Source: Flavobacteriales bacterium
GTDB taxonomy: Bacteria; Bacteroidota; Bacteroidia; Flavobacteriales; BACL11
Reading direction: 5' to 3'
Length of the DNA: 64,000 nt
NCBI GenBank assembly: GCA_002712715.1
Contig: PAUF01000007.1
Coordinates: 450,134 to 514,133, forward strand
Position numbers and translations under genes: made by a program. Of the stretch, positions 28,901 through 38,926 are shown piece after piece. The stretch's first letter is position 1. Each line of letters begins with the position of its first letter. The notes below the pieces were generated by a model that searched no databases, was not told where the DNA came from, and saw nothing but the letters and a program-made list of their open reading frames with translations.

Positions 28901-29314
28901 ATTGCTAATGTTGAAGAAAGATTAAATATATACAAAGATCTTATTTCTATTACGGAAGAAGAAAAATTACAACAATTTAAAAAAAATTTAGAGGATCGAT
29001 TTGGAGAAATTCCAAAGCCTGTAGAAGACCTGATTTCATCAATGAAATTAAAGTGGATTTCAAGAAAATTAGGATTCGAAAGATTACTATTAAAAAATAA
29101 AGAAATGAGAGCTTATTTTACTACAAAAAAAGATTCTCTATATTTTTCATCGGATTCATTCGGAAAGATTTTAGAATATCTCAAACAAAATTTTAAAACA
29201 TCTAAAATGAAAGAAAATTCTGATAAGTTAATATTAATTATTGAAAATATTTATTCCGCAAATAAAGCAATTGAAGTCTGTAATAATATCTGGGGAATTA
29301 AGATAAGAAATTAA
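25976..29314 (+). CDS. mfd: transcription-repair coupling factor
   Basis: 1112 aa. CarD/RNAP-interaction region (GDFVTHIDHGIGEF), helicase Walker A GDVGFGKTE, DEEQ box IIDEEQKFG, and the TRG motif region. The track start is a TTG at 25976, so the exact start is uncertain. Confidence 0.93.
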   Translation: MKNKSLLQLVPISIFRDPVSERLSQEKIKIQLNGFVGSSKSILSSSIIKDSKSPQLFILNDKESANYFINDLENLIKHEVFFYPASYRRTYQIEETDNSNILLRAEVLNKLNNKRNSIIVSYPEAISEKVVSRKILNKKTITLSIFDTYHLDSLEKILIENNFTQTDFVTDPGQFSIRGGILDVFSYADENPFRIEFYDNEIESIRLFNINTQLSIERREQISIIPNTDAKKVSEKKVSFLEYLPQNATIWIDDILHTAGILQKNFDKAEEEFKKLSSESKILHISANEIFTNANEFTNQIINFRFVNFSSNIFFESDFEINSNIIPLTSINKKFDILFNELVNLQNKEYKNIIMCSSEEQKERFEQILENEDREIHVTTIVGNLHEGFIDHNNKIAIYTDHQIFNRHHRFKSKTKFADKQAITLKQLTNLKIGDFVTHIDHGIGEFSGLHKIENNGKKQESIKLIYKGGDILYISVHSLHKISKYSGKEGHHPSVNQLGSSKWQTTKNKTKNRIKKIAYNLIQLYAKRKTIDGFSYSPDTYLQHELEASFMWEDTPDQTSANIAIKEDMEKNTPMDRLVCGDVGFGKTEIAIRAAFKAITDNKQVAVLVPTTILALQHYKTFKTRLKEFACNVDYINRFKTTKQQNETIKELSEGKIDILIGTHRIVGKDIKFKDLGLLIIDEEQKFGVNIKDKLKKLKSNVDILTLSATPIPRTLQFSLLGARDLSVINTPPPNRIAIKTEIVYFDEEIIRDAIQYEISRNGQVFFIHNRIENIKEVASTIQRLVPNAKVKIGHGQLDGKILEELMIGFIEGDYDVLISTTIVENGVDVPNANTIIINNAHNFGLSDLHQMRGRVGRSNRQAFCYLISPPSYQLSNDSRKRLNALEQFSNLGSGFSIAMRDLDIRGAGDLLGADQSGFINEIGFEMYQKILNEAVEELKQEKFNELFSDSNQEYFIKDCQIDTDLEILIPDTYIANVEERLNIYKDLISITEEEKLQQFKKNLEDRFGEIPKPVEDLISSMKLKWISRKLGFERLLLKNKEMRAYFTTKKDSLYFSSDSFGKILEYLKQNFKTSKMKENSDKLILIIENIYSANKAIEVCNNIWGIKIRN

Positions 29315-29412
29315 CAATCTGAAAAGTTATCAACAGAATTTATATTAGTCTTTTATTCACTTGAAAAACAACTAGTATTTATGTAAAATTGTACTACTAA
29401 TTTAAAAGGGTG

Positions 29413-30933
29413 ATGGATCTCAAAAGACAAATTAAAAATGCACTGATTTCAGTATTTCATAAAGATGGACTAGCCCCTATAGTTCACAAACTAAATGATC
29501 TTGGAGTTACAATTTATTCTACCGGAGGTACTCAAAAATTTATTGAAGGTGAAGGAATAAACGTGAGTAGAGTAGAAGACTTAACTACCTACCCATCCAT
29601 ATTAGGAGGAAGAGTTAAAACTCTACACCCTAATGTTTTTGGTGGAATTCTTTCAAGAAGAGAATTAGATTCAGATACAAAACAACTTGCAAAATACAAT
29701 ATCCCAGAGTTTGATTTGGTTATTGTAGATTTATACCCTTTTGAAAAAACTGTATCTGATGGAGCTTCAGAACAAGAAATTATTGAGAAAATAGATATTG
29801 GAGGAATATCATTAATTAGAGCCGCTTCGAAAAATTATAAAGATGTACTGATTGTTTCTGAAATGAATCAATATAATGAAGTACTTTCAATTTTAGAAAA
29901 TGAAGATGGTTCAACGAACTTACAAACAAGAAAAAAATTTGCCATGGAAGGCTTTGACATTTCTTCTCATTACGATACAAAAATATTTAATTATTTTAAT
30001 GAAGATGAAATTAATTTCAAACAAAGTATAAGAAATAGTAAATCTCTAAGGTATGGAGAAAATCCTCATCAAAAAGGTGTTTTCTTTGGTGATTTAGAAG
30101 AATTTTTTCATCAATTACACGGCAAAGAATTGTCCTATAACAACTTATTAGATGTTGACGCAGCTGTCAGTCTAATAGCCGAGTTTGAAGAGACTACATT
30201 CGCAGTATTAAAACATAACAACTCTTGTGGTATATCAAGTAAAGATTCCTTAGTAGAAAGTTGGAAAGAAGCTCTTGCAGCAGACCCAGTTTCTGCATTC
30301 GGAGGAGTTCTAATTACAAATACTGAAATTGACTTAGTAACAGCCGAAGAAATTAATAAGATTTTCTTTGAAGTAATTATTGCTCCTTCATACAATGAAA
30401 ATGCACTTGAAGTCTTAAAAAGTAAAAAAAATAGAGTAATCTTGATTCAGAAGGAAACAAAACTTTCTAAAACACAATTTAGGACTATTTTAAATGGCGT
30501 ACTATTTCAAGAGAAAGACAATAAAACAGATGATTTTGATGACATGAAAATTGTTACAGAACTATCTCCCAATAAAAGAGAAATTTCTGATTTAGAATTT
30601 GCTTCTAAAGTATGTAAACATACGAAATCGAATACTATTGTATTTGCAAAAAACAAACAACTAATATCTAGTGGAGTGGGACAAACTTCAAGAGTAGACG
30701 CCTTAAAACAAGCTGTTAAAAAAGCGAAAAACTTCAACTTTGATTTAAATAATGCGGTTATGGCTTCTGACGCTTTCTTCCCTTTTCCAGATTGCGTCGA
30801 ACTAGCAAATAATGAGGGTATTAAATGCGTAATTCAACCAGGAGGATCTATAAAAGATAATTTATCTATTGAATTTTGCAATAAAAATAATATGAAAATG
30901 GTTTTCACAGGAAACCGACACTTTAAACATTAA
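29413..30933 (+). CDS. purH: bifunctional AICAR transformylase / IMP cyclohydrolase
   Basis: N-terminal MGS-like domain (ALISVFHKDGL...STGGT...LGGRVKTLHP), AICARFT region (...LRYGENPHQ...) and the C-terminal ...GNRHFKH. I use the ATG at 29413, one codon after the track's GTG. Confidence 0.95.
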   Translation: MDLKRQIKNALISVFHKDGLAPIVHKLNDLGVTIYSTGGTQKFIEGEGINVSRVEDLTTYPSILGGRVKTLHPNVFGGILSRRELDSDTKQLAKYNIPEFDLVIVDLYPFEKTVSDGASEQEIIEKIDIGGISLIRAASKNYKDVLIVSEMNQYNEVLSILENEDGSTNLQTRKKFAMEGFDISSHYDTKIFNYFNEDEINFKQSIRNSKSLRYGENPHQKGVFFGDLEEFFHQLHGKELSYNNLLDVDAAVSLIAEFEETTFAVLKHNNSCGISSKDSLVESWKEALAADPVSAFGGVLITNTEIDLVTAEEINKIFFEVIIAPSYNENALEVLKSKKNRVILIQKETKLSKTQFRTILNGVLFQEKDNKTDDFDDMKIVTELSPNKREISDLEFASKVCKHTKSNTIVFAKNKQLISSGVGQTSRVDALKQAVKKAKNFNFDLNNAVMASDAFFPFPDCVELANNEGIKCVIQPGGSIKDNLSIEFCNKNNMKMVFTGNRHFKH

Positions 30934-30945
30934 AATTAAATAATT

Positions 30946-31968
30946 ATGGGATTTTTCGATTTTATGACAGAATCAATAGCTATTGATCTAGGAACAGCAA
31001 ACACATTAATTATTCATAATGACAAAGTAGTTGTTGATGAACCATCAATAGTTGCGAAAGAAGTTAAGACAGATAAAGTTATTGCTATTGGGAAGAGAGC
31101 AAGACAAATGCATGGGAAATCACATAGAGGAATCACAACTATTAGACCCCTGAAAGATGGAGTAATAGCTGATTTCCAATCTGCAGAACAAATGATTAGG
31201 GGTTTTATTAAATTAATTAATAGAAGAAAAAGCATTTTCCCTCAAGCTATAAAAATGGTAATATGCATTCCATCTGGAATTACTGAAGTTGAGAGGAGAG
31301 CTGTAATGGACTCCGCAGAACATGCGGGAGCAAAGGAGGTATGGCTAATTCACGAACCAATGGCCGCAGCAATAGGAATAGGAATTGATGTCATGGAACC
31401 TGAAGGAAATATGGTAATCGATATTGGAGGGGGAACAACTGAAATTGCTGTAATTTCTCTCGGTGGAATTGTCACTGATAAATCAGTAAAAGTAGCAGGA
31501 GACGAGTTCACTGAAAATATTAAAAACTATATGAAAACAAGATACAATGTCGCTGTTGGAGATAATATGGCTGAAAAAATAAAGATCAATGTAGGATCAG
31601 CCATGACTGAGCTTGATGATCCTCCACCTAACTTTGCGGTACATGGAAGAGATTTAATGAATGGTATCCCGAAAGAAGTTATTGTAACATATAAAGAAAT
31701 CGCCAATGCTCTAAATAATTCTATAGAACAAATAGAAGCAGCAATAATGAACACTCTATTCTCTACCCCACCTGCACTATCGGCTGATATATATAATACA
31801 GGACTATATTTAACTGGAGGAGGATCAATGCTTAGAGGACTGGACAAGAGGATTTCTTTAAAAACAAAACTTCCTGTATACGTAGCAGAAGACCCACTAA
31901 GAGCGGTAGCAAGAGGTACAGGAATTGCATTAAAGAACACTTCAGGATTTTCATTTCTTATACAATAA
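30946..31968 (+). CDS. mreB: rod shape-determining protein MreB
   Basis: Actin-like ATPase motifs IAIDLGTANT, VIDIGGGTTE, and LTGGGSMLRGLD. Confidence 0.97.
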   Translation: MGFFDFMTESIAIDLGTANTLIIHNDKVVVDEPSIVAKEVKTDKVIAIGKRARQMHGKSHRGITTIRPLKDGVIADFQSAEQMIRGFIKLINRRKSIFPQAIKMVICIPSGITEVERRAVMDSAEHAGAKEVWLIHEPMAAAIGIGIDVMEPEGNMVIDIGGGTTEIAVISLGGIVTDKSVKVAGDEFTENIKNYMKTRYNVAVGDNMAEKIKINVGSAMTELDDPPPNFAVHGRDLMNGIPKEVIVTYKEIANALNNSIEQIEAAIMNTLFSTPPALSADIYNTGLYLTGGGSMLRGLDKRISLKTKLPVYVAEDPLRAVARGTGIALKNTSGFSFLIQ

Positions 31969-31974
31969 ATTAAT

Positions 31975-32814
31975 ATGAAGAAGTTAATAAGATTTCTTAA
32001 AGTCTATCATTTTCTTCTTATGTTCTTAGTTGCTGAAACAATATGTTTATTTTTATTTTTTTCTAATAATAAATTTCAAAAAAATGCGATTTCTGAAAAA
32101 TCTTTAGAATATTCTTCTAAAGTCTACAAAAAAATTGATGACTTTGAAAGATATATGCAGCTAGATGAAGAGATAAAAATACTTCATAAAGAAAATGCGA
32201 ATTTAAGATCGTTGAATTCAAATATAGATACATTAATAGATAATATAAGTGTACCATACAAATATATTGAAGCTAAAATTATTAAAAATACAGTATTTAA
32301 TACGGATAACTATCTCATTATTAATAAAGGAAAGAAACATGGAATAACTCCTGGAATGGGTATAGTCACTGATAGCGGAGTAATTGGGAAAGTAATATTA
32401 TCATCCGAAAACTATTCTAAAGCTCTTTCTATATTAAATACTCGGAATTCTATTTCAATTAATATTCCTTGCAGAAATAAGAACAATAATATTATTATGT
32501 TCAAAGGAGATTTGACATGGAAAGGAACAAATCATATGAATGGAGTAGTTGAAAAATTCAAATTAAGTGAAGGATATACTATAAATATAGGAGATGTTAT
32601 AAAGACTAGTGGAAACAGTTTAGTTTTCCCTGAAAATATTCCTTTAGCAAGAATAGAATCTACTTATCAAAACCAAGAAGATGGATTATTAATGATAAAT
32701 GCTATATTCATTAATAATATGCTATCTTCTAGAAATGTATATATTCCAGTATCCCTACACAAAAATGAATTAGACTCATTGGATTATTTAGCAACTGATT
32801 CATTAATAAGATGA
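31975..32814 (+). CDS. mreC: rod shape-determining protein MreC
   Basis: N-terminal TM segment and coiled coil (LHKENANLRSLN), then beta domains with ...GITPGMGIVTDSGVIGKV.... It sits between mreB and mreD. Confidence 0.85.
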   Translation: MKKLIRFLKVYHFLLMFLVAETICLFLFFSNNKFQKNAISEKSLEYSSKVYKKIDDFERYMQLDEEIKILHKENANLRSLNSNIDTLIDNISVPYKYIEAKIIKNTVFNTDNYLIINKGKKHGITPGMGIVTDSGVIGKVILSSENYSKALSILNTRNSISINIPCRNKNNNIIMFKGDLTWKGTNHMNGVVEKFKLSEGYTINIGDVIKTSGNSLVFPENIPLARIESTYQNQEDGLLMINAIFINNMLSSRNVYIPVSLHKNELDSLDYLATDSLIR

Positions 32815-33323
32815 AACATATATATAAAAATATTTGGACCATCCCTTTGCTTGTTATTTTTCAAATATTCATATTAAATAATATCAATTTTTTAGGTTAT
32901 GCAAATCCCTATCTATACTTGATCCCAATAATAACTTTTCCTTATGACACTCCTAAATGGATATTAATGATGTTCGCTATATATATGGGACTATTACTAG
33001 ATCTAGACCCGATAAATTTTAGACTGGGAATGCATTCATCAATTCTCATATTTATTGCATTCATCAAACCAACATTACAAAAATTAATTTTCAACAAAAA
33101 AACTATTGAAGAAAGACATCCCCTAAATTTAAAAAAAATAGGATTTAAAAATTTCAGCCTGATGGCTCTATCTATTATCTTGATTCATAATTCTCTAATT
33201 TTTCTGATGGAATATTTTTCCTTTTTCAATTTCTATATTCTAATCTTAAAGGTTATTATAAGTTCTTTAATTACATATATCGTTATACTAATAACACAAC
33301 TGATTACTCTTAAAAACAAGTAA
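32811..33323 (+). CDS. mreD: rod shape-determining protein MreD
   Basis: 170-aa polytopic membrane protein in the canonical mreBCD position. It overlaps mreC by 4 nt. Confidence 0.7.
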   Translation: MKHIYKNIWTIPLLVIFQIFILNNINFLGYANPYLYLIPIITFPYDTPKWILMMFAIYMGLLLDLDPINFRLGMHSSILIFIAFIKPTLQKLIFNKKTIEERHPLNLKKIGFKNFSLMALSIILIHNSLIFLMEYFSFFNFYILILKVIISSLITYIVILITQLITLKNK

Positions 33324-35345
33324 ATGGATTATATAGATAAGAGATCTAAAATAATTTACTATATAATTATTGTAACATTTATAATAATATCTATCAACCT
33401 ATTCAACATTCAAATAATTCAATCCAAATATAAAATAGCTGGAGAAAATAATGCAATTAGATTTGAATCCCAACAATCCGCTAGAGGTATAATATTTGAC
33501 AGAAACGGAAAAGAAATAGCTATAAATATTCCTTCAGATGACCTCATGGTTATTCCTAGAGAAATAAAAAAATTAGACACAAATCAATTATGTCAACTTA
33601 CAAAAATCAACAAATATGATCTCATCAAAAAGATTGAAAAAGGTATAGAATTTTCCGCATATAAAGAAGTGCTGATTGGACAAATTGACCCTATTGATTC
33701 TAGAATACTAAAAGAGAAACTAGATGAGTTTCCTGGATTTTATATAAGAACTACAACTAAAAGAAAATATGCAGTCAACGTGGCTGCACATCTCATTGGT
33801 TTTTTAGGGGAAATTAAAGTAAGATATCAGCATAAACTGAAAAATGGTATGACAATTGTATCTAATAAAAAAACAGTTAAAGAAAATGATGTAATTTTTA
33901 TTCTATCAAATAACAAATTGGATTCTTTAGAAATGGGAGAATATGAAACAGTAGATAATATAAAATTCCAAATATCTAAAAAAAAATATATTAAAAATAT
34001 ACCGAATAAAAATATCCGTTTCCCCAATTATATTAATTACAAAACAAATAAGAAAATAGATGATCATTTCAGAAAAGGAGATTTAGAAGGTAAAACAGGA
34101 ATAGAATATTCATATGATGAGTTTCTTAGAGGATCAAATGGTATAAAATTAAAACTATTTGATGCGCTAAATCGATCCCACGGCAGTTTTAGCGAAGGTA
34201 AACACGATACTTTAGCAATAAAAGGAAATGATCTAATCACGACACTAGATATTGAATTACAAAAATATGGAGAACAATTAATGAGAAATAAAATTGGTTC
34301 TGTGGTGGCAATTGAACCAACAAGTGGAGAAATTTTAACTATGATATCTTCTCCTAATTATAATCCAAATATAATGACTAGTAAAGAGAGATCCAGAAAA
34401 TATGATTCTTTATTAAATCACAAAGACAATCCCTTATTTAATAGATCATTAGCCGGAATGTATCCACCAGCTTCTCCATTCAAGCTGATCAACTCGTTAA
34501 TAGCGCTTGAAGAAAACACAATTAATCATACTGATATATACTATTGTACAGGAGGATATGAATACGGGAACAGCAAAACTCTAAAATGTCATAAACACAA
34601 TGCTCCAACTAATATGAAATATGCAATTACAGTTTCATGTAACACTTACTTCTGTAATTTGTGGGAAAAATACTTTGACAAATACCCAAACAAAGAAAAT
34701 GCATATAATAATTGGATAAAGCACGTAGAAAGCTTTGGATTAGGCAAAAGGTTCAATAGTGACTTTAATGTAAATTCTGCAGGACTTCTTCCAACAATAT
34801 CATATCTAAATAAAAAATTTTATAGATGGAATTCCAGTACATTACTAAATATGTCAATAGGACAAGGTGATCTATTGGTTACCCCCATACAAATGGCTAA
34901 TATTGCAGCAATTATAGCAAATAAAGGATATTACTTTACACCTCATTTAGTTAAAAATATAAATGAAAATGGAATTTATATTGATATCAAAAAGAATTAT
35001 ACCACTATATCTTCTAAACATTTTAATAAAATAATTAATGGAATGACTGATGTCATGGAGAAATCAGAAGGTACTGCTCAAAAATCAAAAGTTGAAAATC
35101 TAAATATCTGCGGAAAAACTGGTACAGCACAAAACCCTCATGGTGAGGATCATTCAACCTTTATAGCTTTTGCTCCTAAAGAAAATCCTAAAATTGCAAT
35201 CGCTGTATATGTAGAAAATGGAGGGGCTGGATCAGAATGGGCTGCCCCAATTGGGGCATTAATTATAGAAAAATATATGAAGAAATCTGTCTCTAATAAA
35301 AATATAGAAAATAAAATAATGAAAGGTGTTTTAGTATCTAAATAA
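33324..35345 (+). CDS. mrdA: penicillin-binding protein 2 (elongasome transpeptidase) with an extra insertion in the pedestal region
   Basis: SxxK (ASPFK), SxN (VSCN) and KTG (GKTGTAQ) motifs. N-terminal TM anchor. Located between mreD and rodA. Confidence 0.92.
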   Translation: MDYIDKRSKIIYYIIIVTFIIISINLFNIQIIQSKYKIAGENNAIRFESQQSARGIIFDRNGKEIAINIPSDDLMVIPREIKKLDTNQLCQLTKINKYDLIKKIEKGIEFSAYKEVLIGQIDPIDSRILKEKLDEFPGFYIRTTTKRKYAVNVAAHLIGFLGEIKVRYQHKLKNGMTIVSNKKTVKENDVIFILSNNKLDSLEMGEYETVDNIKFQISKKKYIKNIPNKNIRFPNYINYKTNKKIDDHFRKGDLEGKTGIEYSYDEFLRGSNGIKLKLFDALNRSHGSFSEGKHDTLAIKGNDLITTLDIELQKYGEQLMRNKIGSVVAIEPTSGEILTMISSPNYNPNIMTSKERSRKYDSLLNHKDNPLFNRSLAGMYPPASPFKLINSLIALEENTINHTDIYYCTGGYEYGNSKTLKCHKHNAPTNMKYAITVSCNTYFCNLWEKYFDKYPNKENAYNNWIKHVESFGLGKRFNSDFNVNSAGLLPTISYLNKKFYRWNSSTLLNMSIGQGDLLVTPIQMANIAAIIANKGYYFTPHLVKNINENGIYIDIKKNYTTISSKHFNKIINGMTDVMEKSEGTAQKSKVENLNICGKTGTAQNPHGEDHSTFIAFAPKENPKIAIAVYVENGGAGSEWAAPIGALIIEKYMKKSVSNKNIENKIMKGVLVSK

Positions 35346-36610
35346 TGAGAAAAACTAAAAATATTTTTGGCGAAATTGATCTTGTTACCATAGGATTGTA
35401 TGTATTACTTGTACTTTTTGGATGGATAAATATATATTCTTCTAACTACAATCCTGAATCTCTATCATCAATTTTTGACTTAAGCACTCAACACGGAAAA
35501 CAATTGCTTTTTATTGCCATATCATTTATTAGTGGATTCTTGATTTTAATTATTGACTGGCATTTCTTTGAAAATATATCCATGCCTTTATACTGGTCTA
35601 TAATATTTCTACTCATTATTGTTTTATTTATCGCAGATGAAGCTGGAGGTGCTAGCTCATGGATTCCAATTGGAAATTATAAAATCCAACCCTCTGAATT
35701 TACTAAATTTGCTACAGCACTAGCTCTTGCTAAAATGTTTAGTCAAGATAAAAGTAATTCCTACTCATTCAATATTCAAATAAAAAATTATTTGATAGTA
35801 GTAATCCCGGCCATCTTAACTCTTCTCCAAAATGATTTAGGGACCTCACTAGTTTTTTCTGCTTTTTTAATCGTTTTTTATAGAGAAGGATTATCTGGAA
35901 ATATATTAATTGCAATTATCGCAACAATATTAATTGCTTTTGCAAGTTTAATCTTCAATCCTATATTATTATCTATTATTCTGACTTCTTGTATAATCTT
36001 ATTTTACTTATATAGTAGTAAAAGAAATAAAAACTTAAAAATTGTATTACTAAGCATCTTTAGTGTTAATTCCATTATCCATATTGTTAACTTTTTAATG
36101 TCACAAATTCTACTCCCACATCAAGTAAAAAGAATTAATATATTTCTTGGCAAAGAATTTGAGCCATTAGGTGCTGGATATAATTTACTACAGTCTAAAA
36201 TAGCTATTGGATCAGGTGGTTTTTTGGGAAAAGGATATTTGAATGGTACTCAAACAAGATTCGACTTTGTTCCAGAACAATCAACAGATTTTATATTCTG
36301 TACAATTGGTGAAGAATGGGGGTTCCTTGGAAGCATAATCTTCCTAACTATATTCGCGATTCTTTTAATTAGGATCATACTATTATGTGAAAAACAAAAA
36401 TCAAGATTTTGTAGAGTATATGGTTATAGTTTAGCAGGGATACTATTTATTCATTTACTCATTAACTTAGGAATGACAATTGGACTAGCTCCTGTCATTG
36501 GAATTCCTCTTCCTTTTATTAGCTATGGAGGGTCGTCTCTAGTAGGATTTACTATCTTATTATTTATCTTTCTAAATCTTAATTCCTATAGAATGGATAT
36601 ACTGAGATAA
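35345..36610 (+). CDS. rodA: SEDS-family peptidoglycan polymerase RodA
   Basis: 421 aa with about 10 TM segments. ...QPSEFTKFA..., ...VPEQSTDFIF... and ...PLPFISYGGSS... are typical FtsW/RodA segments. Confidence 0.9.
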   Translation: MRKTKNIFGEIDLVTIGLYVLLVLFGWINIYSSNYNPESLSSIFDLSTQHGKQLLFIAISFISGFLILIIDWHFFENISMPLYWSIIFLLIIVLFIADEAGGASSWIPIGNYKIQPSEFTKFATALALAKMFSQDKSNSYSFNIQIKNYLIVVIPAILTLLQNDLGTSLVFSAFLIVFYREGLSGNILIAIIATILIAFASLIFNPILLSIILTSCIILFYLYSSKRNKNLKIVLLSIFSVNSIIHIVNFLMSQILLPHQVKRINIFLGKEFEPLGAGYNLLQSKIAIGSGGFLGKGYLNGTQTRFDFVPEQSTDFIFCTIGEEWGFLGSIIFLTIFAILLIRIILLCEKQKSRFCRVYGYSLAGILFIHLLINLGMTIGLAPVIGIPLPFISYGGSSLVGFTILLFIFLNLNSYRMDILR

Positions 36611-36619
36611 AAGATATAA

Positions 36620-38863
36620 TTAAAACTCTGTATCTCTGTTGTCAACAATCAAAGAATTTCTCCTAATAGTTTCTATTAGTGATTCATAAATAGACTTACC
36701 TTGTATATTGGATTGTTGAACACTTGAAGTCTTAATGTTATTTATTTGCAAATCAGTAGGATTTTGCGTATTCAATTTTTGCTTTATATTAACAAAATAA
36801 ATAGCATTATTTCCCATTACCGGAATGCTAGAAAATCCTATTTCACCTGAATTAACAAACCCTTCTAATGAAGGCTCATTCTCAGCAGACAATGTTTTTA
36901 ACTTATCAAAATTAACATTAGATAATGAATCTATTGAAATTTTATACTCTTCAGCCACATCAACCAATGAAGCGAATTTCTTATTAAATAATATCTCATG
37001 TTTTTTTTGTTTCTGTATCTCTAAAATTATTTGTTCTCTTACATCTTCTAAAGGAATATTTCCCTTATTATTAATTGAAGACAAACTAGCTATCACATGG
37101 TTATCTGTACATATCAAAGGTACTGAAACAACATCCCCAACTTTTCGATTTACTTTAACATCACCACTCCAGCCATAAAGCCATTTTACCACATCTCTGG
37201 CTTGAATTAAACCTGAAATAGAAAAACTCATATTATGAAGATTAAAATCCTCTCTAACTAACATATTATTTGATTCAGCATACTTTCTGAAATCAAGATT
37301 AGATTCCGAATAATCCTCTAAAAATTTACTAGCGTCATCATAACTATTTTCAATAGTATTTTCACTTGGAATTAAAATCCTATCTAAAAAAACTATCTTA
37401 TGCTTGTCTACTAATTGACTATACTCCTTAATTTTAAATAAATGGAAAAACACTTCTCCTTGACTATTTTGAGAGCTTAACTTAAAAATTGTATCAGTAT
37501 TCATTCCATCGTTAAATAACAGGCTCCTATTAACAAACGGCAGAAACTCAAACTTTTCACTGTTTTCCTGAATCCATCCAATATCGCCACCTCTAATTTT
37601 TGAAGCATCATCAGCACTATATTGCATAACTAAATCATTAAAATCAGCTCCTGAATTTAAAGAAGAATCTAGACTGCTCAAAAGCAATCTACATGAATCT
37701 AATTTCTCTTGTGAACTTCTATCAACTAAAAGCATAACATGCTTTAATCTAATAGAATCTGATCGCAGGGATTTATCAGAATATTTATACAATCGATATG
37801 TTTTCTTTCCGAATTCATTCGTAACAAAAGGACCTACAACATCTCCAGGATTATTTTTTACAATAATATTAGCAATATTTGAGTCTTGTCTTAATGTTTG
37901 TAAAATAGGGTCAAACTGATTATCAGATAATGTATTTAAAATATCAGAACTTTTAAAATACCTAAATTGGTTATTATTATTTTCAGAATATCTTTTTACA
38001 AAATTCTCATCATTATTAGACTTTTTAAATCTACTAGAAACATTTTTAGATAATTCTTGTTGTAAATTCAGATCGTCTTCTAATGATGGAGTAATTGGGA
38101 AAGTAATAAATTCCAAATCTCTTGTTTCTCTATGTTTTTTGAATTTTTCAATATTTTTTTGATAATATTCTTGTATTTCTTTATCATTAACTTCCTGATC
38201 TTCAAGGATTGTATAAGGTATCTTTACATAGTCTAATTTAGAATTCTGCATTCTGCCTAAGTGTATAGATTTAGCTTCATTTGAAGTAATATAGAAAGAG
38301 TTTTCAATTAAAGATTTAAACTTATTATTCTGACTCTCTTGACGAATAATCTTACGAATCTTCTCTAACTGTTCATAATCTTTTGGCTGAAACATTCTCT
38401 GATCACCGTTAATATCCTCTAAAATTTGCTGAGCACTTTCCAAATATTGAGATCTTTCCATTACAGAACTAAAAAAAGCCGGATAAGCCTGGTGAATGTT
38501 GTTTATTCTAATTGACCCTGTCTGTAACTCATCTAACTCAGCTTCTGTCACTCTTAATCCTAGTAATTGATTAGATTTAGTCACTATAGCTTCTTCAGTA
38601 GTTTTAATAAATGCTTTTTCATGCCTTTGACCTTCACTTTCTTGAGGATACTGATTCTTAATTATTTCAATATTTTCATTATACTGTCGAAAAAAATCAG
38701 ATTCTTCTTCGAAGATAGACAAAGCTACAGTATTTTCTTCATTATTACCCCATGGCAAATTAAAACCATCTCCCTCAGGGTCTAGTACAAATAACGCAAT
38801 CGCTCCTCCAACTATAATAGCTGTCATTAAACCCTTATCTCTAATTTTTTGTAAAATTGCCAT
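36620..38863 (-). CDS. periplasmic chaperone / peptidyl-prolyl isomerase (PpiD/SurA-like)
   Basis: N-terminal TM anchor (MAILQKIRDKGLMTAIIVGGAIALFVL) and a parvulin-type rotamase segment (...LKHVMLL...GADFNDLVMQYSADDASKIRGGDIGW...). Length is 747 aa. Confidence 0.75.
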   Translation of the reverse strand: MAILQKIRDKGLMTAIIVGGAIALFVLDPEGDGFNLPWGNNEENTVALSIFEEESDFFRQYNENIEIIKNQYPQESEGQRHEKAFIKTTEEAIVTKSNQLLGLRVTEAELDELQTGSIRINNIHQAYPAFFSSVMERSQYLESAQQILEDINGDQRMFQPKDYEQLEKIRKIIRQESQNNKFKSLIENSFYITSNEAKSIHLGRMQNSKLDYVKIPYTILEDQEVNDKEIQEYYQKNIEKFKKHRETRDLEFITFPITPSLEDDLNLQQELSKNVSSRFKKSNNDENFVKRYSENNNNQFRYFKSSDILNTLSDNQFDPILQTLRQDSNIANIIVKNNPGDVVGPFVTNEFGKKTYRLYKYSDKSLRSDSIRLKHVMLLVDRSSQEKLDSCRLLLSSLDSSLNSGADFNDLVMQYSADDASKIRGGDIGWIQENSEKFEFLPFVNRSLLFNDGMNTDTIFKLSSQNSQGEVFFHLFKIKEYSQLVDKHKIVFLDRILIPSENTIENSYDDASKFLEDYSESNLDFRKYAESNNMLVREDFNLHNMSFSISGLIQARDVVKWLYGWSGDVKVNRKVGDVVSVPLICTDNHVIASLSSINNKGNIPLEDVREQIILEIQKQKKHEILFNKKFASLVDVAEEYKISIDSLSNVNFDKLKTLSAENEPSLEGFVNSGEIGFSSIPVMGNNAIYFVNIKQKLNTQNPTDLQINNIKTSSVQQSNIQGKSIYESLIETIRRNSLIVDNRDTEF

Positions 38864-38926
38864 AATAAACTTTTTATATTAATTTGCGAATATACAATTG
38901 TTATTCGAGTTATAAAAATAGATAAA

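Noticed and set aside
31527-31940. 137-aa ORF antisense to mreB. Similar antisense ORFs occur inside mfd, purH, mgtE, rng and others.
   Set aside because: It lies entirely inside a strongly supported conserved gene on the other strand. It has low-complexity composition and no start context or promoter box. This is a typical shadow ORF.
36825-37178. 117-aa ORF antisense to the PpiD-like gene.
   Set aside because: Shadow ORF within a 747-aa gene that has a recognisable parvulin domain. It has no independent signals.
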